Source: Oopsacas minuta (taxonomy: Eukaryota > Animalia > Porifera). Taken from it: 64,000 nucleotides of DNA. The translations under genes and the position numbers were made by a program. How positions within the stretch are numbered: position 1 is the first letter of the stretch; every line of letters begins with the position of its first letter. Of the stretch, positions 26,151-37,254 are shown one piece after another. Where the stretch lies: positions 337,961 through 401,960 of the forward strand of contig JAKMXF010000301.1 of the NCBI GenBank assembly GCA_024704765.1, read 5' to 3'. The notes beneath the pieces were generated by a model that saw only the letters and a list, made by a program, of their open reading frames with translations, ran no database searches and had not been told where the DNA came from.

Positions 26151-26839
26151 TAATATAATACTTGAAATATTTGAGGAAAATTGTGAGCTATCCGAGGGTT
26201 TTCATACTGTCTGTAAAATTATCAGATCAGCTATACAAAATAATTAAAAATACTTTTACACTTCGAAATATCAGCCTTGCGACCAATGCATTATATTTCA
26301 TAACCTTGATAGAATACTATTCGAAATCATACTACAAACTCGTGTAAAATATAAAGGGGGTAATTCAATACACTTTGGAATACTTGACAATCACATAATT
26401 ATCTCCATTTTCTAATATATCTCTTCAATTATTGACACTTATTCACATTAATAGGCAGGACATAAACCGGCATCGTAGCCTCGATAATCCGAACAGCATT
26501 GTTCCAATTGCAAAATAAATCGTTCATACTAGTGAATTTGTTCGGATTAGCGAAATGAATTGAAAGAAGATAGTAGAATTTAGGAGCCAAACTTTCGAAA
26601 AGTTGTACAACCAATGAAAGTACTGCCAACATGTGTAATATAGTATTAAATATTTATCTGCAATAAAATTGGATACATATTTGTCATTAATAAATTTTAG
26701 ACCATTTCCCAAAGATAGCATAAGCCATAGCCTACTAAATATTAGGCTTAACAGCAAAAGTCCATGGATGCGTTATTAACTGATATTGGAGAATTCTGTT
26801 ATTGTCTTAAATATCTAATCAAAATGTTATCTTAAGCAT

Positions 26840-28915
26840 TATTAATAATCCCTCGCTGGTATTAAACTAAGATATTGAAATTCTATTTGAAGTTGATTGA
26901 AACTAATGTTATTGGACAATAACCCAATCAACATACATAATAATCGTAAATACAAACAATTACAGTAATAACACATACACTTCACAAAATCATGAGAACT
27001 TTTCAGTTCACGTTTTTCTATACCTCTAGAAGTTACAAGTGAATTATAGTTCTTAATCTTGTTGGCAAGAAAGCAATTAGCAATAGTAAAAATAAGTATA
27101 CGTAAGATATCCCATCTAGTAGCATTACAGATAGAACAGTTTGCTTTCCAGGAATCAATACTTGCATCATCTTCCATGTATATCAATGTGAGCTCAACTA
27201 ATATTTTTCAGCTGGACCGTGTACAAGTAGATTCGCCAAATGATCATTGTCCTTAATGGCAAACAGAATCTTCCAGAGAGTAGTGGCAGAGCTTAGAACA
27301 GGCTTAGATTGATATTTGAGGCCCCCTTGATCTGTGAATTGCAAGAGCTTGAATTGAGAAATTGAATCACTATCAGGAATAAATTCTTTATCATAAGTTA
27401 GCGTATCAGTGCACAATCTACATTCTTGAAACCCTTTCAATCATTTATAGACCGAATATCCTCCGATAAAACCTAACGACTGGATTATCTGCTGAGTGTA
27501 TTCAATTGATAATACATTACCAATTCCATCAAGATCTATTTGGTCATCACTTGAAGTAGTAAAGGGTGAAGTAAAAGATTTGACAAAAGTATGTATGAAT
27601 CGAGAAGAGTCCTGTTGGTCAGAAAACATTTTTAGGATGGTTGAGGCTTAAGACGACGCTCGGATTCAAGAATTTGAATGTAGGAAATATAATAATTCGA
27701 ACCAGCCATCATACGATAGAATCCAAAATGATGTTCGCAAACACACTTCTGGTTGGGTTCTCTGGGTCCAAATTAGGAACACAAATTTTCTCTCCTTTAT
27801 AAGTAATATCAGATTTAACGTGTATTTCATCCATTTGAACTATAAAATTTCTCTCCAATGAACTGAAGGAAGAAGTAGCTTGGGAGAGATAGGTAGAGAA
27901 ATCGTTTTCAATGCCAAACGAAGAATACAATGTATTTAATGTCTGAACATGCGGTAGAGAAAGATACTCTAAACTCTGGAGATATGCATAACATGCTGGA
28001 GAAGTGAGATGAGTCTTAATTGACATGATTTGTGTAATTATATTGTACCTTCGCCTGTTCTTTGGAATAAATATATTGTCTAATTGACAGAGGATAAATT
28101 GGAGCTTGGCTATAACTGAGGAAGAATAGTTTTCACTATCCTCTATGCTAGCTAAATCAATAACCTTGTCCATGTGTTGTTCGGCACGAGGAATATGAAA
28201 TGAATGTGATTTAGTACGATGATCATAGGATTCAGATTTTGAGGAAATTTGATGTGATAATGATTCAATTTGTCGAATTTCATTAATTAAATTAAGAGAA
28301 GTTTGTCCATAGAACCAGGCTGATACAGGTAAAAATGAATTTATTTCTAGATATGCATCCACTGAAATAGTATTTTCAATCAAACCCGAAAGAATAAACC
28401 CTATACTAGAATTGTCAGTATGCCATACTAACCAATAGTCTAGTAACACAATATAATTCAACTTAGCTTTCAGATCCTGTAAATTTCTAATGATGAATTT
28501 GTATTTGGACTCACTCTCAGATTTTAGGCTAAGCTAAATGGTTTGATTCAACATTTTTTCTCTTTTGATTCATAAGACAAACGAGTACGTTTGCTTGTCG
28601 ATGTTAATGAATAATAAGAGGGGCAACCTGGAAGTAAACAGGGGATTGCCCCTTCTTTCAGCTTAAGTTTACCGCGAGGTATACTAGTGAAAGTACTGTC
28701 ACCATTGGGAACCTTATGAAAATACTCAACATATTCTTCACGGAAATGCTTGATCCATACATTAACAGCCTAGACACGATCAATATCTTCACGGTGAGGA
28801 GCACGTACCCAGGCCTGTTTAAGTTCAGGTGGATTCTCTGGCATTCTGAATATATGCACTCTATCATCTAGGTAATAATTACTTGTGCAACCCGGGCAGA
28901 ACAGGCACTGGGCAT
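26840..28915 (-). mobile_element. P-element (THAP9-like) transposase relic with internal deletion
   Basis: THAP relic PGCTSNY..IFRMP..W..KHF, SPACYAYL..LSLPH, IVQMDEIHVK, MAGSNYYIS..ILESERRLK, IGGYSV, TDQGGLKY. Termini not established. Confidence 0.8.
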
Positions 28916-29599
28916 CAGAGATACAATAGACTAGCTAATAGTGAGCAGAAATGGATTATAAAATGCCATGGGTATGTGGTGGACTATCATTACTAGAAGC
29001 TAGAATGTGTCAGTGAAAAAATTTTATTTGCATATATAACAATTATAATGAATTTAAACAGTATGATTAATTAACAATCAGAAATTTTAAAAATATAAAA
29101 TGGTTGGTTAATATAATCAGCTAACAACTTATCCCTGGTACAAAAATGAAGTTACTGTTCGGCCTTATATCTAGTAGGCTATGCATAAGCCTTTTGACTC
29201 TTTGGATTAGCAAGGGTCTACTGGATCTACTAAGAATTTCTGGTGTCAATTTTCATTATAGTTTCGTAAGTAATGTTCACACAATCAATAACTAAATGCA
29301 AGTGATGGAAATATAAGTACCACTGATTTTTCAGGATTGCTTTAGAGGAGCACTGCAAACAATTAGGATTCCCCATGACCCAAATGTAATAACATTGGGT
29401 ACTTGGTATATTACAAATTAGAGGTCCAAGGGCCCACTAATCGCCTAAAAACACTGAAGTGAACCTCTTTAAGAAATAAATAAGCATATTTGTGAACAAA
29501 AATAATTTACAACTTCAATTTTGTTTATCAGTCTGTAATAAATTGAAATAATGGGTGCATTTAATAGTACTTTATTATCAATTGTACAATAAAACACAA

Positions 29600-30035
29600 A
29601 CAATGGCCATCTGTGGTGACACTGGAGATGCTATATCGCTTTGGGTTAGTAATCTCGGCATTTCGTGCCTCGGTAAAGAAAGTCTGAAACTTTTTGAAAT
29701 TTGGATTTTGTGTTCAGCCATGATGACGTAATAATCGCAGTATTGATTTTTTTCGTCCGAATCATGATGTCAGGACATTTGTCACAGAGGCAGTACCTGT
29801 GATTCAAATGTCAAACTTTTATCTTGTATATTGGCTAAGCAGTGGTTAATAGTGTGATATTTTGAAAATCCAAAAGGCGACTATGATGTTATAATTTCGT
29901 CATATTGGTGTATTTTCGTCCAAGCCAGATCCAAAATACCCCCGTATGCCAAAGATGAGCCCTGAAGGGTCTTCCAGTTTCTTCAATCAAATCTGTACAT
30001 ACAAATAGACATATTCTATTTATATATGTATATTC
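29600..30035 (+). mobile_element. Short interspersed element resembling DINE-1/HINE (Helentron-dependent) elements, copy A
   Basis: 3' part CCCCGTATGCCAAA..CTTCAATCAA..ACATACAAATAGACAT..TTTATATATG. Homologous to 30255-30480 and 52861-53200. Confidence 0.45.
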
Positions 30036-30254
30036 ATTAATAACGATTAAATAATATAGATAAGTTCATTGTTATTCAATGAGGAGAGGCCAGAAATACA
30101 TAATTGGAAAAATATTTTACAAATTCTCTAGGGCTTTATTAAAAACAAAGTCAAAAAGATCTTTTAGGTATATTATCTTATGAATATTCGGATATTCGTC
30201 GTAATGCAGGATCGACAATTGTATACATTTTAGTGATGTAAAGTACATTTGTTC

Positions 30255-30480
30255 GGTTAGTTAATATCTATATTTGTTAGGAATTGATTGAAGACCAGGA
30301 AGACCCACAGGGCATATTTTTGGCAATCAGGGGTATTTCGAGCCTGGCTCGGACAAATTCGAGTCTTGGGAGAAAACTCATACATATGATAAATTATGAC
30401 GTAATTGAAACCTTTTGATTTCTGAAAAATCAGATCATGAGCCACTGCTCAGACAATATACATGTTCGATGGTTGAATTT
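30255..30480 (-). mobile_element. Same family, copy B (tail-to-tail with copy A)
   Basis: GATTGAAGA..GGAAGACCC.CAGGGC..TTTGGCA..GGGGTATTT is the reverse complement of copy A's 3' part. Confidence 0.45.
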
Positions 30481-30592
30481 TATCAGAGGAACCCTCAATT
30501 GAGGGCCTGACTAAATTTGTGGGGCCCATATTATCCTATCTGGGCAAACCATGCTATTACTAAAATCTTTCCTGAGGGGCATTTCCGCAAGA

Positions 30593-30796
30593 TCATCTTG
30601 CACACTTGAGCGACGTCGTGGCAATTTCTGCAACGTCGGTACCAGAATTATTATCAGGGTTGCTCTTGGCCGAAGAGTTCCGTAAATTTGGCATTTTGGT
30701 CAAAACTTCTGTTTCCCATTCGACTCGTTCTTCCTTTGCCTTCCGTTTTGCCCGCGCATCGTATTGGCGATCCATGTCCTGATCGCGACCACTCAT
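30593..30796 (-). pseudogene. 5' fragment of a hAT (ZMYM1-like) transposase gene
   Basis: DRQYDARAKRKAKEER resembles the RKYxSGAxKRK N-terminus. GGGCCC-rich subterminal-like DNA adjacent. Confidence 0.35.
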
Positions 30797-31539
30797 ATCC
30801 TAGTCCTTATAGTCCTAAAGTTAAAAGAAACGAACAAATATTAAAATTGACCCTCTCGGAACAGACGCTGAATAATAATTTCCATGTATCCCTAATTTCA
30901 AAATAAATTTAGACGAAAAGGATAGCCCTATTTATTTGATAGATTGTGCTTTCAAATAGAAAAGGACTGGGTTGTGGATTTGAAGTGATTTGGAATTGAT
31001 TTGGATTTGATTTAATGTCTAAGTTAAATCCATTTACTGTGCCGACTATACTTTGGTATAGTGGCCTAATATTGAAATGGGTGCCTCTATTATTATTTTT
31101 TTCTCTGTGAAAGGCCTGCAGCCAAAATTGGATAGAATTAAGGTGGTATATGGTGTGAGAACTATTCAAGATATTCGTCTCTTGTGTGCTTCTCCCCTTT
31201 GCTAATTACTCGGACATCAGTGCCACTAATTCACAATTGTCAATCTTTTGTCTGGCCTCTAGCAAAAAATGATGAAAGGAAAGGTGCCATAATTTTCACA
31301 CCTTTCGAAAGAGAAAAATATTCTACACCTTTGTAGTCTTCTAGAATGTTTATATTGGTTAGAGTATTTTGATGAAAGTAAATGAAAAATATTCATTATA
31401 TAGCATTATGTCATCTGTAATTATTCTATTGTTCTTAGATGATAAATATTTATTAAACGATAGGTACTTCTAGTGTTGTATATAATATGCATTCATTGAA
31501 TAATTAAATTTAACAGGAACTTTAATTATTTCTATTATA

Positions 31540-32446
31540 CAGTCAGGGGACAAAAGTCTTCGAACACACAAATATATTGTCATAAATTGTAGCTCTTCCC
31601 CGCTCCTATAAATTGTATAGTCTATATCCATAGTTGCTATCTAGTAATTTATATAGAATAACATATGTTTTTCAAGAATTTCAAAAAAATATTTCGATTT
31701 ATACTTTTTGAAGGTGTTAATTATTAATAATTATTAGATAACTATTGATAATCAAAATATGTGGTAATTCAAAGCTTATTAAGAATCTATAATTTCTGAC
31801 TTGATAATTGAATTCTACGTAGGCGAGTTACCCCAGATTGAAATTTCCAATCGGATTGAACAATTTTTACCAGAGTTATAGATGAATTTCAATTTGTGCC
31901 ATTTGTGCCACCTTTTGCCCAAGGTGGCACAAGTGGCCGCTACCAAGAGGTTATTTTGTAATTCAAGGGTTAGCATAGTCATATTATTCGAAAATATTAC
32001 TTCGACTTTTCCTCCTAACTCTAGTTGATTTCCTTGTAGTGGCGCTTGTTCCTGCCACCTGTGCCCCTTTTGAAAAAAGTGCACAAGTGGGACAAATTGA
32101 AATTCTTCTTTAACTTTGGTAAAATTGTTCAATCCGATTGGAAATTTCAATCTGGGGTAACTCGCCTACGTAGAATTCAAATATCAAGTCAGAAATTATA
32201 GATTATTAATAGGCTTGAATTATCACATATTTGATTACCAATAATTATCTAATAATTATTAATAATTAACACCTTCAAAAAGTTTAAATCGAATTATTTT
32301 TTGAAATTCGTGGAAAACATATGTTATTCTATACAAATTACTAGATAGCAGCTACGAATATAGACCACACAATATATAGGAGCGGGAAAGAGTATACAAT
32401 TTATGACAATATATTTGTGTGGTCGAATACTTTTGTCCCCTGACTG
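31540..32446. mobile_element. Tc1-type foldback element (907 bp, ~400-bp inverted arms)
   Basis: TIR CAGTCAGGGGACAAAAG with TA flanks. Arms complementary from the termini to ~31950/~32040. Confidence 0.92.
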
Positions 32447-33339
32447 TATTTATGAATACAATATTTTCAAATAAACCATGGATAATTTAAAAGATATGTA
32501 TTTGCCTGAATATACAACCTTTGAATAATCGTAGAAGGTTGTTCTAAGCAGCAAAAGAGGGTAATTCAATACACTGATTCCGAATTTAACACTTGAATTA
32601 GTACGGATGAAATCTTCAGTATTCCCTTCTATGAATATTGTTTAGTCACTGATAATCATTGCAAACATATTGAACATTCATATATTAAAAAGTACTGTGC
32701 GCATGTCCGTTAACTATTAAACAGCTAATTGAGGGTTTCTTTTTGAATAGAAGCCACTAACTATTCTTTTATCAATAGGAGTCACATTTCCATGGAATGC
32801 TATACTATTTAACACGAAATTACCTAATATACTTTTTACGCCATCCCAAGAAAGAAGTATACACTGAAATCTTTTACAAGAAGAGCTAACTATTCCAATA
32901 CTAGATCAATATATACATCTACTTGCTGATAAACAGAAGGCTTAGCCTTTGCAAGATTGCTCTGTAGTATTCATGTCAGATTTTGAAGTAAGCAATGGTA
33001 TGACACCTGCATGTAACTATAGTGCCCCTCGAGAATCCGAACCTGGTCAATCAGACAGAACCTAAATATTATACAGGTATATTGAATTCAACTGTGGACA
33101 AATCAATAATATTATATTACACTTCTTGGCAGCATTCCCGATTAATCCGTTAATTTGGTGGCTATAGCCACCAGAATTTTCCTTAAGCCCCAAAAATTTA
33201 GCTTAGTTATGTGAGGTGGTGGCTGAGTTTGCTACCATGTATTCAATTTTGTCGAGAGCCCCTTGGCAGCCTTGTAATCGTTTGCACACAACATTCGAAA
33301 AATATACTCCCAGGTCCTATAGTGTTTCAATTCATGTTT

Positions 33340-36300
33340 CAATTTCTAGGTGAAGTAATGTTGACCAAGAAAAAAGTTTGATCGAAACTTGTCTGATGAA
33401 ATGCTTAGCTTGTCATACGAATTCTTGCTCACATTACCAAGCATATGAATTGTGTTTGGAATTCCAAACCTTAAACAATTCCGAATCCAAATCGCATGCT
33501 GATAGTACTTACTACACATTAGGTCCAAATACAATTTTTTTATGAAGAATGGCTATCATTTGCCTATAAAAGAAAGAAATGAATTTGTATTGCGACAATT
33601 GTAGTAGTATATGTAAATAAAAGTTAACTCTACAGGCAATTATGGCAGAAAACAATGATCAGTTTCCCTTCCTCAGAAATCTCTTGATTATTCTGCCGTA
33701 TCTAAACAATATTTTCCTTTTAAACTTAGCCAGAACCAGGCTATTATATACAATGAACAATTAAGATGAGGATTATTTCTACCCCAAATCCTTCAACAAG
33801 ATATTTCGCATTGTGAGTAAGGACATAAATATGTTGCCAAAAGTCTGGTCGTAGCAAAAAGGGAATAATTATATACACAGAAAATGATGTCCCGATTTAA
33901 AAGAACATACAGGTACTTTATATACTATACAGGGTGACAAATAAGTTCTGTCCCATATGTTTGATGAAGTGTAGTTCCTTACAAAAGAACCCGATTGAAC
34001 AGTGTAAGATAAGTACAATATATATAATTAAAGTATTAAAAGGCAATCTATACATTCTGAAGAAGCTAAAAGATTCTAGGCACAATGAAGAAAAATAGGG
34101 TGGCTATTGTTAATTTATATTTGCAAGGGAAAAGCCAAAGCGAAATATTAAAGATTCTCAATTCCCCAAGTCGCGCAGGAAATTGATATATCGTACTATT
34201 AAAAGATATAAGGACACTGGTAGTACCTCAGACAGGCAGAGAAGTGGACGTCCAACATCTGCGACCACTACCCAGAAGAGAAAGGTTATCCGTAATCGGA
34301 TTCAACGAAATCCGCAACGTTCGATGCGAAAAATGGCGCTAGAACTCAAAATATCAAGAGAATCGGTCCGAACAATTGTGAAGAGCGATATGGGCCTATT
34401 TTCTTACAAAAAGAGGAAGGTTCACTATATTTTGGCCCAAATTAAAGAAAAGAGACTAGCCAGTTGCCAAGCCTTACTCGCCCGGTTCGCAAGTTTTGTC
34501 CTGATGAAATTTTGTTATCGGATGAGAAATTATTCACGGTCGAGTAGGCGTACAATTGCAAACACGATCGAGTATTGTCCTCTTCTCCATCTTCCATACT
34601 ACAAGAGTATCGATGCGTCTAAAGAGTTCAGCATCCTCTGTCAGTGATGGTTTGGGCGGGATGTCCGCAAAAGGCCGTACCCCACTGGTTTTCATCCCAC
34701 CGGGCGTAAACTAAACGCTGTTAAGTATCAATAGTTGTTTTAGCCCAATAGTAAGAGGCCTTGGTAAGACCATGTTCAATAATCGTCCATTTTTATTCCA
34801 GCCAGACGGTGCGCCAGCCCACACAGTGAAAGTCAACCAACTGTGCTTACGAAACAATATCCCAGACTTCATCTCCAAGGATGAATGGCCTCCTTACAGC
34901 ACAGATCTCAATCCGATGGACTTCTCGTTGTGATCGATATTGGAGACAAATGCGTGCTCTACTTCTCAGGAGAGTATCAAGTCTCTAAGAACGTCTTTAT
35001 CCCGAGAATGGGCAAAAATCCCTCAGGAAAAGTTACGTACGACCGTCGAGTCCGTCCCTAAGCGGCTAAGAGCTGTCATCAAAAAGAAAGGGGGCTATAT
35101 TGAACAATTGAATATATTATGACTCTATATTTAGTTTGCTAAGTTATAGCATAATTTCAAGTCAATATCGTAGTTCATGGTTTAGTTATAGTAAATTTTC
35201 AAAGGGACAGAACTTATTTGTCACCCTGAATAATCTTTATTTGTCCTTTAATATTCAAGCTAGCTTATTTACTCAATTTTTAGTGTATACATCTACTTGT
35301 GAAGGAAGTTGTAAATGAACCTCTGTGTTTGAAGGAAATAAATATTTACTGCTGAATGCCAACAATAGCTATTTCTCCACTATGGAGTATTCTTTGAATA
35401 CAGCAAGTTTATGACGATGTCTCGGAATACACTACATGAATACATGAGTTATGTATTTTAGATACTTTTTGTTCGTTGGTTATGTACTCAATCGAATACC
35501 AAAATAACGAAAGAAATACATATCGATTGAAAGTGATCTATTACGGTCGGTAGTCATAATTATATAACCAATTAAATCAAATTCATTTTAGAAAGTTGAT
35601 CTGGTTACTTTTATTGTATTTAGAGCAAAGAATAATAAATTTGAGAGAATGGGGAGGGAACTCACCTTCAGTTATCATATACTACAGCATAGATGGAATG
35701 GGTAATTACGTATGTTAGACTTTAATTATAAGACAAGCTATATTTGCCCATTATGCCAAGAAGCTCCAGAATTCTTAATTATGGATGGTATAACAATGGG
35801 GACAATTAAGGAACTCCCGAATACAGTTGAAGAATACCTGGAAGATCAGAGGTTATCATTTGTCCCATTATCAATCAGGGTATTGGTATCTGATCTAAAA
35901 ACCAGAAAATTCATCAAAAGTTACTATTCATTAGGATTGGGTGAAAGCGAGTTTCACACCATGATCAATTCTTTATAGTTTGAAGAAATTACAGAGTACA
36001 TTATTTACGCTAACAATGTAATTGATGAGGTCAATGTGATTAATCCGACTTATCCAAATGCTAAAGTTATCATGGAACTATTCTTCAGATCAGAACCAAT
36101 TTCTGACATTTTTCCTGTATCTATCCTTAGCGAGTGCGAGAAGAAAGCTATTGCTAGTCTCTCTTGTGGTAACCAAATTGATACATGTCTGCTTTATGAG
36201 ATTTTTGAAAAAATTCATACTCTAAAGCTATTCCTTAGCTCGTTTGGTGAAGTTCAAGAACAATGTACTACTAGTACAGGATTAACCCTTCATCCTATTC

Positions 36301-37190
36301 TTGCTGGTGTTCTAAGGGCTATTCTATCCAAAATTAAATTACTCAATAACTATAGAGAAGGACGGAAGACAGTAGAGGCTTCCCCATCAAGTGACACTCT
36401 AGATAAATACTTTCCAGCGATAACAAAACGTTATAGGTATTATATAATTGTATTCAACTATTCATTCAATATAATGCATCTGTTGAGAACATACTATAAA
36501 TCTTATAGTACAAACTTTCAAATATATTGTACCCTTAGATTTCCGATGTATGAAGATGATAACGAAGAGAAATATAAAGGATGTGCAAAATATATCCAAA
36601 ATATCAAAGGTTATCACCAGGACTGTTAGTTGTTGTTTGTAGACATAAAGTGTGCTATGGTTTCAAATACTTGTTAGTAAAGAATCTACAACTAGAGTGT
36701 TTAACCTACTCCTGACGTTGCTCAAAAATCCCTCTCATAGTATAATATACGACAATACTTGCAATCTGCACAACATATGTATCATCAAGTTAGAATTAAT
36801 ATACAAAATACGTACAGCCGTACACACATCTCTAAGATTTTTAACTTAATCTATGTAATGCTCTTAAAGTGCTAAGCATACGTACTTAGTAACATTATAT
36901 AATAATAACTTCAATATTATTATTAGGGAACCCAAACTTATAAAGGCTACTACATTCTTGGTTGATCACTTTCACTGCAAGGATCATTGCTGCAATCCAG
37001 CTTATTCTTTGAAGTCAGTGAAGAGTCAAGATTTCATGAGAATAAACTCACAAGTTTGCGAGCAGCTGTTCTCTACAGTAAGGAGAATAACCACCCAGGT
37101 ATCTTCAGTGCGGATCGAAAACATATTCTTGATACTGTTTGAATGAACAAGAATTACCAAAACTAAACTGCTAGAAGCTAATACACTATT
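33340..37190 (+). pseudogene. Spliced KDZ (Kyakuja-Dileera-Zisupton) transposase gene, degenerate and interrupted by a DD37D element
   Basis: CLACHTNSCSH zinc motif, ICPLCQEAPEFLIMDGITMG, SPGLLVVVCRHKVCYG, IIYDNTCNLH, EPKL..FLVDHFHCKDHCC, INSQVCEQLFS. GT-AG junctions at ~36446/36539 and ~36788/36927. Confidence 0.8.
33930..35228 (+). mobile_element. Tc1/mariner DD37D (maT-type) transposon, frameshifted
   Basis: Perfect 25-bp TIR CAGGGTGACAAATAAGTTCTGTCCC. SDEK, QPDGAPAH and DLNPMDF with 37 residues between the last two Asp. Confidence 0.92.
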
Positions 37191-37254
37191 CATGAATAAT
37201 GAATAATGAATAAATTGTATTAAAATAACAAGTATACTTTATATTATCTTTACT

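Noticed and set aside
26763-28970. CATGG..CCATG as P-element TIRs
   Set aside because: Only 5 bp match and the flanks (CAAAAGTC vs GGTATGTG) are not duplicated.
33156-33173. Perfect 18-bp palindrome TGGTGGCTATAGCCACCA as a regulatory site
   Set aside because: Lies in a GC-richer patch that looks like a MITE remnant, with no supporting context.
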